Shown in pieces: positions 10,285-21,071 of a stretch of DNA of 64,000 nt. The position numbers and the translations under genes were made by a program. Under the pieces are notes generated by a model. That model saw only the letters and a list, made by a program, of their open reading frames with translations, was not told the origin of the DNA and did not search any database. Source of the DNA: an uncultured Gemmatimonadales bacterium (GTDB lineage: Bacteria; Gemmatimonadota; Gemmatimonadetes; Palauibacterales; Palauibacteraceae); assembly GCA_963783385.1 (NCBI GenBank), contig CAWANJ010000002.1, positions 192,001 through 256,000 of the forward strand. The letters run 5' to 3'. Every line of letters begins with the position of its first letter. Position 1 is the stretch's first letter.

Positions 10285-11556
10285 TCACTCGTAGCGCAGC
10301 GCCTCGACGGGGTCGAGGCGTGCGCCGCGGGAAGCAGGGTAGAGACCGAAGCCGATCCCCGTCAACGCGGACACCCCGAGTGCCGCCACCACGGACCACA
10401 GCGGCACGGTGGCCGGGATCGGCGTCCAGCGGTCGATCGCCCACACGATGGCGCCGCCGATCGCCATGCCGGTGGCGCCTCCGACCAGCGTCACGGTGGA
10501 CGCCTCGACGAGGAACTGCCACAGGATGTCGCTGCGCCGGGCGCCCAGCGCCTTCCGGACCCCGATCTCCCGCGTACGCTCGGTGACCGAGATCATCATG
10601 ATCCCGATGACGCCCACGCCGCCCACCATGAGCCCCACGCTGGACAGCGCGAACATGACCGTGAACAGGGCCGTGGTGAGCTGACCCCACAGCTTGAGGA
10701 TCTCGTCCTGGGTGATGATGGCGAAATTGTCCTTCTGGCCGGGGTGCAGCCGCCGGATCTGCCGCATCTTCCCCTCGACCTGGTCCATGGCCACGTCGAT
10801 GGGCACGCCGTCCTTCGGGGTCACGACGAAAGTGATGAGCCGGTGCCAGAAGGGCACGTACTCCCAGGCGGATTCGAACGGTATGAGCATGTAGTGGGAC
10901 ACGAATCCTGCGAACAGGTTGTCGGCCCTGCGATAGGTGCCGACCACCTGGAAGGGGGTCGCGGTGCCCTGGCCCGACGGCGAGGCGATGGTGAACTGTC
11001 GCTGGAGCGGGTCGCGCCCCTCGTACAGGTCCTCGGCCACCTGAGAGTCGACCACGGCCACCGGCCGGCCACGCTTGGCCTCGGTCGAGGTGAAGAAGCG
11101 CCCGTCCTCGAGCTGGCCGTTGTCCGTCTCCAGGAAGTCGGCCGCCACGGCCACCAGCGCGATGCCGATGTCGCGGTCGCGGTGCCGCGCCTTGTAGCCG
11201 CTCTGGCTCAGGTCGGCGATCGCGTCGGCGCTCTTGATGGCCGGGAGCTGCGCGAGCTGATCGGCCCAGCGCGGCTCCAGCGGCGGGTTCTTCATGAACG
11301 CGGACTCCTCCTCCTCGGTGCCGGTCGTTATGCCGCCGCCCTGGGGGGCGTGGGCCACGTAGAAGGTGGTGGGACCCCGCGAGGAGATGAGCTCGGTGAA
11401 GCTGTCGTTGATCCCGGTGATGGCCGCGGCCATCACCATGACGACCATCACCCCGATGGTCACGCCGAGGATCGTGAGGCCGCTGCGCACCTTGTTGGCG
11501 CGCAGGGAGTCCAGCGCGATGACGATGCCCTCGCCCAGGGCGACGAGCCAGCTCAT
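10285..11556 (-). CDS. MacB/FtsX-family ABC permease
   Basis: NKVRSGLTILGVTIG, VGGVGVIGIMMISVTERTREIGVRKALGA and LDPVEALRYE motifs. Confidence 0.92.
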   Translation of the reverse strand: MSWLVALGEGIVIALDSLRANKVRSGLTILGVTIGVMVVMVMAAAITGINDSFTELISSRGPTTFYVAHAPQGGGITTGTEEEESAFMKNPPLEPRWADQLAQLPAIKSADAIADLSQSGYKARHRDRDIGIALVAVAADFLETDNGQLEDGRFFTSTEAKRGRPVAVVDSQVAEDLYEGRDPLQRQFTIASPSGQGTATPFQVVGTYRRADNLFAGFVSHYMLIPFESAWEYVPFWHRLITFVVTPKDGVPIDVAMDQVEGKMRQIRRLHPGQKDNFAIITQDEILKLWGQLTTALFTVMFALSSVGLMVGGVGVIGIMMISVTERTREIGVRKALGARRSDILWQFLVEASTVTLVGGATGMAIGGAIVWAIDRWTPIPATVPLWSVVAALGVSALTGIGFGLYPASRGARLDPVEALRYE

Positions 11557-11569
11557 CCCTCCACCCTCC

Positions 11570-12814
11570 TCACTCGGCGTGCAAAGCGACGATGGGGTCC
11601 AGCCGCGCGGCCCGGCTGGCCGGGTAGACGCCCGAGACCAGTCCCACCACAACACCGAGCGCCACGGCCAGGGCCAGCGACCACAGGGGCGTGGACGCGG
11701 GCAGCGGCGTGAGGGCGTGCACGATCCGGGCGAGGCCTACGCCGATCCCGACCCCGAGGCCGGCGCCCATGAGGCTGAGGACCGACGACTCGGCCAGGAA
11801 CTGGACGAGCACGTCGCTCTGACGGGCGCCCACGGCCTTGCGTAGCCCGATCTCGCGCGTCCGCTGCGAAACGGACACGAGCATGATGTTCATGATCACG
11901 ATGCCGCCGACGACGAGGGCGATGGACACCAGGCCCGGCAGCACGGTGAGGAGGACGTTGTTGATCTTGTCCCAGGCGCTCAGCAGACCGCTCGACGTCT
12001 GGATGTCGAAGTTGTTGTCCCGTGCCGGGCGCAGCCTGCGGTCGGCACGGAGCCCTCCCTCGACGGCCGCCATGGCGTCGTTCATCGCCTTCTCGGTCGG
12101 GGCCTTGACCGAGATCTCATCGAGCTTGCCCGGATCGCGCGACAGCGTCTGGTCGTAGGCGGAGAAAGGCAGGAGGATGGCCGCGTCCCAGATGCCTCCG
12201 AGCAGGCCGCCCCGCTTCTCGAACACGCCCACGACCTGGAAGCGGTAGGGCCCTACCCGGATCTCCTTCCCGAGCGGCGATTCGGTCGGGAACAGCTTCT
12301 GGGCGATGTCCGGCCCGATGACGGCGACCTTGAGCCCACGGCTCTCGTCCAGGGGCGACAGCCCCCGTCCCTGGGCCACGTCCCAGCCCTGTACCGTCGC
12401 GTAGCCTTCCGAGGCACCGATCACCCGGATGTTCTTCCGCTCCCGCTCCCCGTAGCGGACCTGGTCGAAGCCGCGGTCCGAGTCCCACGTCACCGTGACG
12501 CCCGGCGGCGCCGAGCGGCGCACCACGTCCACGTCGTGCACGGTGAGCCGCGGATTCCGGGCGTAGCGACGGCGCTGCTCCTCCGTTGTCCGGCCCGTCC
12601 GGATGGTGGGGCGCCGCACGATCGTGAAGGTGTTGATTCCGAAGATCGCTCCGGCGAAGTCTTCCCGCACGTACCGGTTCATGCCCTCCACGATCGTGAT
12701 CACCGCGATCAGGAAGGTGATGCCGATGATGACGCCGATGAGGGAGAAGAACGACTTGAGCTTGTGCGCCCAGATCTGGCTCAGCGCGAGGCGGAGGCCC
12801 TCGAGGAGTGGCAC
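11570..12814 (-). CDS. MacB/FtsX-family ABC permease (second paralog)
   Basis: GGIVIMNIMLVSVSQRTREIGLRKAVGA and LDPIVALHAE motifs. Confidence 0.92.
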   Translation of the reverse strand: MPLLEGLRLALSQIWAHKLKSFFSLIGVIIGITFLIAVITIVEGMNRYVREDFAGAIFGINTFTIVRRPTIRTGRTTEEQRRRYARNPRLTVHDVDVVRRSAPPGVTVTWDSDRGFDQVRYGERERKNIRVIGASEGYATVQGWDVAQGRGLSPLDESRGLKVAVIGPDIAQKLFPTESPLGKEIRVGPYRFQVVGVFEKRGGLLGGIWDAAILLPFSAYDQTLSRDPGKLDEISVKAPTEKAMNDAMAAVEGGLRADRRLRPARDNNFDIQTSSGLLSAWDKINNVLLTVLPGLVSIALVVGGIVIMNIMLVSVSQRTREIGLRKAVGARQSDVLVQFLAESSVLSLMGAGLGVGIGVGLARIVHALTPLPASTPLWSLALAVALGVVVGLVSGVYPASRAARLDPIVALHAE

Positions 12815-12838
12815 GTGCGTCGCCTGCGATCCGGGGCG

Positions 12839-13599
<761 letters not shown>

Positions 13600-13603
<4 letters not shown>

Positions 13604-14928
13604 GAACCCTCTGCGGTGTCGCCCCCGGTCGCCGCATCGCGGCGACCGGCGGCGCTGTCCATGCTCGCGGTCCCGGCGCCCCGGTCGACCTTCTCGACCC
13701 GGACCGTGCCTCCGTCCCGGAGCTCCCGGATCGTCTTGTAAGGCCCCGACACGACCGTGTCCCCCTCGGCGATCCCGCTCAGGACCTCGAAGTAGGCGTC
13801 GCCGGCGATGCCTACGCGCACGGGGACGAAGTGGACCCCATCGCCGCGGAGCTGGAATACCCCCTCGGCTTCGTCCGGCTCCCCGCCCGACGTGCTGTCG
13901 GGCGCCGGGCCCGTCGCGGTGCTGTCCCGGAGGGTCAGTGCGATGATCGGCACGGCCAGGGCGTTCCGGCGTGTCGCGGTCACGATGTCGGCCGTCGCCG
14001 AAAGGTCGGGGCGAATGCCCGTGGGCGGCCTGTCGATCTGGATGCGGACCTCGAAGTCCACGGCCTGATCGGACGTGCTCTGGGACGCCGTGGCACTCCG
14101 ACTGCTCCGGTCCTGCATGGCGCTGCTGGCGACCTTCACCACCCGCCCCGCGAACGCCGAATCCGGCCAGGCGTCGATTTCGACCGAGGCCGAGTCACCG
14201 ACGTGAATCATCGGGATGTCGGTCTCGTCCACCTGGACCACCGCCTCCATCACCGACAGGTCGGCCACGGTCAGCAGCAGGCTGCCCGGGTTGTTCATGG
14301 TTCCCACGATGGCCGTCTCTCCCTTCTGGACGTTGAGGCGGCTCACGATGCCGTCGATCGGGGCCTTGATCACGGTCTTGTTGAGCCGATCCCTGGCCTC
14401 TTCGAGCGAGGCGTCCGCCTGCGATACGGAGTGCTGCGCGGACTCCCACAGCGCCGTCTGCACCTCGGACTTGGTGCGCGTCTGCTCGACCTCCTGGTCG
14501 GTGACCAGGTCGGGCGTACGCTTCTTCAGCTCGCGAACCCGGTCCCAGTCCCGCCCGGCCTGATCGGCACTGGCCTTGGCCTGCGCCGCTCCCGCCTTCG
14601 CCTGCGCGAGCTGCGCTTCGGCCTGCCGCACGGCGGCCTGGTACTGGGTCGGATCGATGACCAGAAGGAGGTCGCCCTCCTTCACGCGCTGGCCTTCCTG
14701 GACGGGGAGCTGGACGATGCGGCCCGAGATGTCCGCGCTGATGTCGACGGACTGCTTGGCCTCAATGTGGCCGCTGGCGTTGACGTGCGACACCAGGTCG
14801 TGGCGCCCCACGACTTCGGCCCGCACCTCCGGTCCGGCGCCGCGCCTGGCGCCCATCGCCCGGATCACGAGCACGGCGATCACGAGCAGGACGCCGGCGC
14901 CGATGGCGATCTTCCCTTTTCGGCTCAT
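13600..14928 (-). CDS. Efflux periplasmic adaptor (membrane fusion protein, MacA/YknX-like)
   Basis: N-terminal TM anchor, lipoyl half-motifs ([22 protein letters not shown]; IKAPIDGIV), coiled coil and VDETDI. Confidence 0.92.
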
Positions 14929-15130
14929 CTATCGGGTAGTCCTTGCCTTGAAAGACCGGATCGAAGTTCGTGAGATCGCTGGTTCGTACGGCTCTGGCCG
15001 GGGAAAGGTTTCGCGGACCGGGAGGACCCTGCGGCCCACGTCTCGGTCCGTGCCGTCAAGGGAACACCCCGGAGCCCGGCCCCGCTTAACCGGCCCGGCC
15101 GCCGGGCTCCGGCGGCCGAGCCGCCCGACG

Positions 15131-15889
15131 TCAACGAGCGAAGATGGCCTGGACGGCCTTGAGCGCGAGGTAGAGCCCGAGCACCAGTCCGATGCAGCTG
15201 CCGGCCGACCGCTTGGGGTAGATCCGGCTCAGGGCGACGCCGAGCACCACCGCCGCCCACACGCCGAAGAAGCCGATCCCATGCAGGAAGCGGTACGCGT
15301 AGCCCGCCTGGTCGAGGCCGGGAGCGAGCAGGTCGAGGGTGAGGGTGGCCTGCAGGTCCTTGGCCTTGATGATGACGGGCAGGGTGACGAGGCCGCCGAT
15401 CGTCGGTATGAGGAAGGTGTGGCTCGTGGCCGAGAGGACGCTGCGGAAGCCGGCCTCGCCGCCCATCCCCATCTCGTAGATCAGGAAGAACACCGCGGAG
15501 ACGACCACGATGACCAGCGGCATGAAGATGATGGGACCCACGAACCGGAAGATCCGGGCCACGGCCAGCCCCTTCTGGATGGCCTCCGCCGGCGCGTCGG
15601 GCCGGCTCCGCAGCATCTGCTGTCGGATCGACTCGGTGATGACGTCCGAGGGAATGAGCACGGACGTGAGCAGCGTGAGGCCGACGACCAGGAGGAGCGC
15701 GCCCAGCCACTTCGGCTGGCTACGGAGCGCTTCGAACAGCTTCCCGGGCGACACGAACAGCTGATAGGTCCGGACGGCCAGGTTCGGGAGGCGGGGCTCC
15801 GTAGTCGCTCCGCCTTCTCCGCCCGGCGCCCCGGGCCCCATCGATCCCGACTCGACACCTCCGACACCCACGTCGTCGCTCGCGGCCAT
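15131..15889 (-). CDS. Yip1-family membrane protein (YknW-like)
   Basis: LFVSPGKLFEALRSQP start motif, about five TM helices, upstream of the MFP/ABC genes. Confidence 0.75.
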   Translation of the reverse strand: MAASDDVGVGGVESGSMGPGAPGGEGGATTEPRLPNLAVRTYQLFVSPGKLFEALRSQPKWLGALLLVVGLTLLTSVLIPSDVITESIRQQMLRSRPDAPAEAIQKGLAVARIFRFVGPIIFMPLVIVVVSAVFFLIYEMGMGGEAGFRSVLSATSHTFLIPTIGGLVTLPVIIKAKDLQATLTLDLLAPGLDQAGYAYRFLHGIGFFGVWAAVVLGVALSRIYPKRSAGSCIGLVLGLYLALKAVQAIFAR

Positions 15890-15892
15890 GGC

Positions 15893-16669
15893 TCACCTCG
15901 TCATGCTGGATCGCGTGGCGGTCCACTGGCGATCGGGACGCCGAACCTGGAGGACCCGTCCCTGGTCGTCGAGCCAGACCTGGATCCGCTCGCCGTCCAG
16001 CGTGACCTCGTATCGGGTCGCCGCCCGTTCCTGTCCGGCCGCGCGGATGCTGTCGGATCCCGCGGAACGGACCTGTATCGTCGCCTGCTCACCGAGCGAG
16101 GGAACGATCACCGACGTGGACCAGGAGGAGCCGCCACCGAGGGCGGCGTGCTCACGGAACAGCGTATAATACTCGTGAGCGATCCCCGGCTCCAGCAGAG
16201 CGAGGCCGGGGGAGGCGACGAACTGGCGGGAGCGATTCCCCTCGTCCGACGTGATCTGGAGACGGATACGCGGACCGTCCCGGTGGGCGACCACGTTGTG
16301 AAGGTCGCCGGCGCGCGGCTTGAGCTGGAAGAGCTCGGGTCGAAACGTCGTGTCGGTCTGGAGCCAGACCTGCTCCGGGACGAAGGGCGGCCGGGCGGAG
16401 TCCAGGCTGACGACCCCGACGGCCTTGATCGCCGCACCCTCCTTCCGGATGACGAAGGTCTCGCGGCCGGCGTGGCGGCCCGCGATGGTGATGTCGAACG
16501 ATCCTTCGTCCAGCGTCCTGGCGGCCTGGGCGCGGCCCGGGACGGGGAGGGCGAAGACGGCGACGGCGGCCAGCAGTCCGACGCACGTCCATCCAACCCG
16601 GGCCGTCCAACCACGCGCGGCGTGCAGGATCGTGGTTCCCCGGCCGCGTGACCTTCGCTCAGTCCGCAT
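15893..16669 (-). CDS. Hypothetical exported beta-rich protein
   Basis: Signal peptide ending ..GRAQA, GRETFVI and VWLDDQGRVLQV motifs; overlaps the upstream gene stop; ATG at 16669 after a purine-rich RBS. Confidence 0.7.
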   Translation of the reverse strand: MRTERRSRGRGTTILHAARGWTARVGWTCVGLLAAVAVFALPVPGRAQAARTLDEGSFDITIAGRHAGRETFVIRKEGAAIKAVGVVSLDSARPPFVPEQVWLQTDTTFRPELFQLKPRAGDLHNVVAHRDGPRIRLQITSDEGNRSRQFVASPGLALLEPGIAHEYYTLFREHAALGGGSSWSTSVIVPSLGEQATIQVRSAGSDSIRAAGQERAATRYEVTLDGERIQVWLDDQGRVLQVRRPDRQWTATRSSMTR

Positions 16670-17423
16670 GCTCCCCTCCTCCGTTCTCCAGAACGCGCTC
16701 CCCCAGGAACGCCACGAGATACTCGAACACCCTCCGACCCTTCTCGGCCGACCCGCGCGAGGGCCGTCCCACCACGCCCGGCGACCCCGGCAGCGGGACG
16801 GGCTCCTCTCCGACCAGAAGGCTTCTGAGCTCTTCCTCCTCCACCGGTGCGTCCCGCACGAGCGCCGCGTGGACCAGCTCCGGAGCGAGGTAGAGGAGGA
16901 GCGACGTCTCCAGCTCTCCGGCGTGCTCCTCCACGTGCGGGGTCTCGAGGAAGGCCTGCAGGTCGACCGCGTGAAGGTCCACCGCCCGGATACGGGCACG
17001 AGCGCTCACCACGGTCCCGATGGCCTGCAGGTGGGCTCCGAACCCGTGAGCCGTCAGCAGGTAGATCTCCTCTACCCCCTGATCCTCCCAGTTCTCCACC
17101 AGCTCGTTGAGCATCCGGTGCAGGGTCTTCCCTCGCACACAGCCGGATCCGGCATAGGCCTGCTCCGTCTCGGAGCCCACCCCATAGGGCAGGGTGGGGG
17201 CCAGCACGACCCCGTACTCCTGAGACAGTCGCGCGGCCAGGCGGGTCACGATCACGGTGTCCGTGCCAAGCGGCAGGTGGGGGCCGTGCTGCAGGAGGGT
17301 CCCCACCGGCACGAGGAGACGGGGATCGCGCCGGAAGTGCTCGTTCGCCTCCCTCCAGGAGAGGTCCGCGAGCCTCAGCGGTCCGGCGGAGGATCCGCGT
17401 TCGGGAAGCGTGGTGTCGGTCAT
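16659..17423 (-). CDS. Creatininase/MftE-family amidohydrolase
   Basis: PVGTLLQHGPHLPLGTD, HAGELETS and GVVGRP..GSAEKG motifs. Confidence 0.85.
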   Translation of the reverse strand: MTDTTLPERGSSAGPLRLADLSWREANEHFRRDPRLLVPVGTLLQHGPHLPLGTDTVIVTRLAARLSQEYGVVLAPTLPYGVGSETEQAYAGSGCVRGKTLHRMLNELVENWEDQGVEEIYLLTAHGFGAHLQAIGTVVSARARIRAVDLHAVDLQAFLETPHVEEHAGELETSLLLYLAPELVHAALVRDAPVEEEELRSLLVGEEPVPLPGSPGVVGRPSRGSAEKGRRVFEYLVAFLGERVLENGGGEHAD

Positions 17424-17615
17424 GAGCCGGCTCCGGGGCTCGGGAGGTCGGTGTGACGTGCGCGGGCGACACCGTAGGCGGCGGCGGTTTCGCGGGGCAA
17501 CCGGTCCGGGGTCCGCGACCCGCGGCACGCAGCCTGCCTGTACCCGGGGTGGTCCACTCTCAGGGGAGAGGCCGATCCGGGCCTGGATCCCCACGACAAT
17601 CTACCGGGAGGAACG

Positions 17616-18074
17616 ATGGTACGAGAGGGCGAGCGGGCGCCGGAGTTCGAGCTCGAGTCCGACCGCGGTGACACGGTGCGCCTCCAGGACTTCAGGGGAC
17701 GGCGCGTCGTGCTCTACTTCTACCCGAAGGACGACACGAGCGGTTGCACGAAGGAAGCGTGCGGGTTCCGGGACGCGATGCCCGAGCTGGAGGATCTCGA
17801 CGCGGTCGTGCTCGGCGTGAGCCCCGATGACGTGGGCTCTCATGTGAAGTTCCGGTCCAAGTATGGTCTCAACTTCCCCCTCCTGGCCGATCCGGAGCAC
17901 GAGGTGGCGAGCGCGTACGGCGTGTGGGGAACGAAGAAGACGTACGGACGCGAGTACCAGGGCATCCTGCGCACGACCTTCGTGATCGGTCCGGATGGAA
18001 CGGTCGAGAAGGTGTTCGAGAAGGTGAAGCCGGCCGCTCACGCGGACGAGGTCGTGGAGGCGCTGGATGCGTGA
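17616..18074 (+). CDS. bcp: Peroxiredoxin Bcp/PrxQ
   Basis: LYFYPKDDTSGCTKEACGFRD motif. Confidence 0.95.
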   Translation: MVREGERAPEFELESDRGDTVRLQDFRGRRVVLYFYPKDDTSGCTKEACGFRDAMPELEDLDAVVLGVSPDDVGSHVKFRSKYGLNFPLLADPEHEVASAYGVWGTKKTYGREYQGILRTTFVIGPDGTVEKVFEKVKPAAHADEVVEALDA

Positions 18075-18205
18075 CGGCGCCGCAGCCCGCGGATCGGGCC
18101 GGCTGCGCCCCGAACCATAGAGCCACGCCCCGGCACGCGTTCTCCGCGGTGGGGACCGCACCCGGTCGTTGAGAGCGCGTTCAGCGCTCCGGCCCATCGT
18201 CGGAC

Positions 18206-19774
18206 ATGCTCGCCACGATTCCTTCCGCCGCCCTCGTGGGCCTGGAGGTCGTCCGGGTCCGGGTCGAGGTGGCGATCACGCGCGGCACCCCCATGATCCA
18301 GGTCGTCGGGCTCCCGGAGAGCGCGGTGCGGGAAGGTCGCGAGCGCATCCGGGCGGCCGCGGGGCAGGTGGGCCTGCACGTGCCGGGGCTCCGGATCACC
18401 GTCAACCTGGCGCCGGCCGCGCTCCGCAAGCACGGGGCGGCCTTCGATCTCCCGATCCTCGTCGGGATCCTGGCGGCGTGGGGCGAGCTTCCGGCCGAGG
18501 GCTGCGCCGGCTGGCTGGTGGCCGGGGAGCTGGGCCTGGACGGAAGCCTGCGGCCGGTGCGCGGGGCCCTGCCCATGGCGCTGCACGCCCGCCGATCCGG
18601 GGACCTGGACGGGATCGTCCTGCCCCTCGACAACCTGGCCGAGGTCCGCCCCGTCGACGCTGAATGGGGAGCGGTGGAGGGACGGCCTTTCCGGGTCCAC
18701 GGCGCGGCGGACCTCGGGCAGGTTGTCGCCTTCCTGCGCGGCGCCGCCGACCTGCCCCGGGCCCGCGATGCGGAGCCGGTCTCCGGGGCCGCCGGGGGCG
18801 ACGGGGTTAGGTCGGGTCCCGACCTGGCCGAGGTGCGCGGCCAGCGCCACGCCCGCCGGGTCCTGGAGGTGGCCGCCGCCGGAGGGCACTCCCTCCTCCT
18901 GCGCGGCGAGCCCGGCGCGGGCAAGACGCTGCTGGCTCGCTGTCTGCCGTCCCTGCTGCCGCGGCTCTCGCTGGAGGAAGCCGTCGAGGTCACGGCGATC
19001 CACAGCGTGGCGGGGCGCCTGCCACGCGGCGCCGGTCTGATCCAGGATCGCCCCTTCCGTGCCCCCCACCACACCGTGAGCCCGGCGGGCCTCCTGGGCG
19101 GCGGGTCGTCGCCGCGCCCCGGCGAGCTCTCCCTCGCCCACCGGGGCGTGCTCTTCCTGGACGAGCTTCCCGAGTTCAGCCGGGCCGCGCTGGAGGGGCT
19201 CCGGCAGCCGCTCGAGGAGGGCCGTGTGAGGCTCGTGCGGGCCCGGGCGGCCGTCTCCTTTCCGGCCAGGGTACAGCTCGTGGCCGCCATGAACCCCTGT
19301 CCGTGCGGCCGGATGGGGAGCTCCGACGGCGCCTGCACCTGCGACCCCGCGGCGGCCCGCCGCTACGCTCGGCGGGTGAGCGGTCCGCTCCTGGACCGCA
19401 TCGACCTCCAGGTGGACGTGCCACGGGTGCCGTGGCGCGACCTGTCCGGAGACGGGGCGGCCGAGTCCTCCGCACGGGTGCGGGCGCGCGTCGCCGTCGC
19501 GAGGGACCGGGCGGCGCGTCGTTCCGGCGGCCGGGCACGCCCGAACGCGGAGCTGTCCGATGGCGAGCTCGACGACGTCTGCCGCCTGGACGCCCGCGGG
19601 AAGGAGGTCCTCGGCGACTGCGTGGACAGGCTGCGCCTGAGCGCGCGGGCCTGCCGCCGCGTCGTGCGGGTGGCACGCACCGTGGCGGACCTGGACGGGG
19701 AGGGGAGGATCTCGGCCGCACACGTGCTGGAAGCGACCCGCTACCGAAGCCTGGATCGTATGCAGGAGGTCTGA
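18206..19774 (+). CDS. comM: YifB/ComM Mg-chelatase-like AAA+ ATPase
   Basis: ITVNLAPA, GEPGAGKT, PFRAPHH, GELSLAHRGVLFLDE, AAMNPCPCG and SGPLLDRID motifs. Confidence 0.9.
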   Translation: MLATIPSAALVGLEVVRVRVEVAITRGTPMIQVVGLPESAVREGRERIRAAAGQVGLHVPGLRITVNLAPAALRKHGAAFDLPILVGILAAWGELPAEGCAGWLVAGELGLDGSLRPVRGALPMALHARRSGDLDGIVLPLDNLAEVRPVDAEWGAVEGRPFRVHGAADLGQVVAFLRGAADLPRARDAEPVSGAAGGDGVRSGPDLAEVRGQRHARRVLEVAAAGGHSLLLRGEPGAGKTLLARCLPSLLPRLSLEEAVEVTAIHSVAGRLPRGAGLIQDRPFRAPHHTVSPAGLLGGGSSPRPGELSLAHRGVLFLDELPEFSRAALEGLRQPLEEGRVRLVRARAAVSFPARVQLVAAMNPCPCGRMGSSDGACTCDPAAARRYARRVSGPLLDRIDLQVDVPRVPWRDLSGDGAAESSARVRARVAVARDRAARRSGGRARPNAELSDGELDDVCRLDARGKEVLGDCVDRLRLSARACRRVVRVARTVADLDGEGRISAAHVLEATRYRSLDRMQEV

Positions 19775-19820
19775 GGACCCGCGGAGCGCCGGTCGCTCGA
19801 CGGAGCTCCGCGACGGGGCG

Positions 19821-21054
19821 TCAGCTGCCCGGGTCCAGCCGGTACACGGTCCCGTTCGCCGAGAGGACGTAGAGCTCGCCGGCCGCGTCCTCACCGAATG
19901 AGAGGACCTGGCCGAGGGAACCCACGTCCCAGCTCCGCTCCTCGCCGATGGCGGTCCCGTCGTAGCGCAGGCTGCGGAGCCAGCCGGAGCAGTAGTCCGA
20001 GTAGAAGTAGGCCCCCTGCAGATCCGGCATTGCGCCCCCGCGATACACGAACCCGCCGGTGATCGAGCAGCCCTCGTCGTGCCCGTACTCGAGGATCGGC
20101 TGCACGAGGCCCTGCTCGTCGCAGGTGGAGGAGCCGTAGCAGTGACGGCCCTCCATGACGTTCCAGCCGTAGTTGAGCCCCCCCGAGCGGGCCGGTTCGG
20201 CGTCGATCTCCTCCCAGTCGCTCTGGCCCACGTCGGCGATGTACAGGAGGCCGGAGGTCGGGTCGAACGCGAAGCGCCACGGGTTCCTGAGGCCCCACGC
20301 CCAGATCTCGCCCCGGAGGCCGGCGTAGTCCAAGAACGGGTTGTCGGGCGGCACCCGGTACGGGGTGGCGGCGTCCACGTCCAGCCGCAGGATCGCCCCG
20401 AGCAGGGTGCCGCGGTTCTGGCCGTTGCCCCGTGGGTCCCCGCCCGAGCCGCCGTCCCCGAGCCCCACGTACAGCATGCCGTCCGGACCGAAGGTCACCA
20501 GGCCGCCGTTGTGGTTCGAATAGGGCTGGTCCACGGCGAGGATCGTGTCCCCGCTGGCCGGGTCGGCGCGGTCGGGGTCGGAGGCGCTCGCCCGGTACGC
20601 CACCACGCGCGTGTCGCCTTGCGGGTCGGTGTAGTCGACGTAGAAGCGGCCGTTGGCCGCGTAGTCCGGGATGGAAGGCGAGGCTGAGGAGGCCACGCTC
20701 GCCTCCGCTCGCCACGGCGGAGCGCAGGTCCAGGAACGGCTCGGGCAGGAGGGCGTCGCCCTTCACGATCCGGATCGTGCCCCGCTGCTCCACCACGAAC
20801 AGCCGGGGATCCCCCGGCGGCGCCGTGAGCCACACGGGGGACGAGAGCCCCGACACCACGGGCGTGGCCACCAGGCCGCTCGTGCCCATCTCCGCGGGAG
20901 GCGAGCTGGAGCCGCACGCCAGGCCGAACGCGACGGCCGCGGCCAGGGTCCAGGCCGCGAGCCGGGCTCTCCGGCGCCGGACCCCGCTGCGAGCCGGGTT
21001 CCGGGTTCCGAGGGGCCGGGATGCGGTGGACGGCGTTCTGGGCGGGGCGGCCAC
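19821..21054 (-). CDS. PQQ-dependent glucose/sorbosone dehydrogenase-family lipoprotein, split by a +1 frameshift near 20668
   Basis: N-terminal part (lipobox FGLAC, RLFVVEQRG, ERGLLSLAFHP) and C-terminal part (DYAANGRFYV, NHNGG, GLRNPWR) lie in different frames; span is 1234 nt = 3n+1. Confidence 0.85.
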
Positions 21055-21071
21055 GGCGTCCTCCGGGGCGG

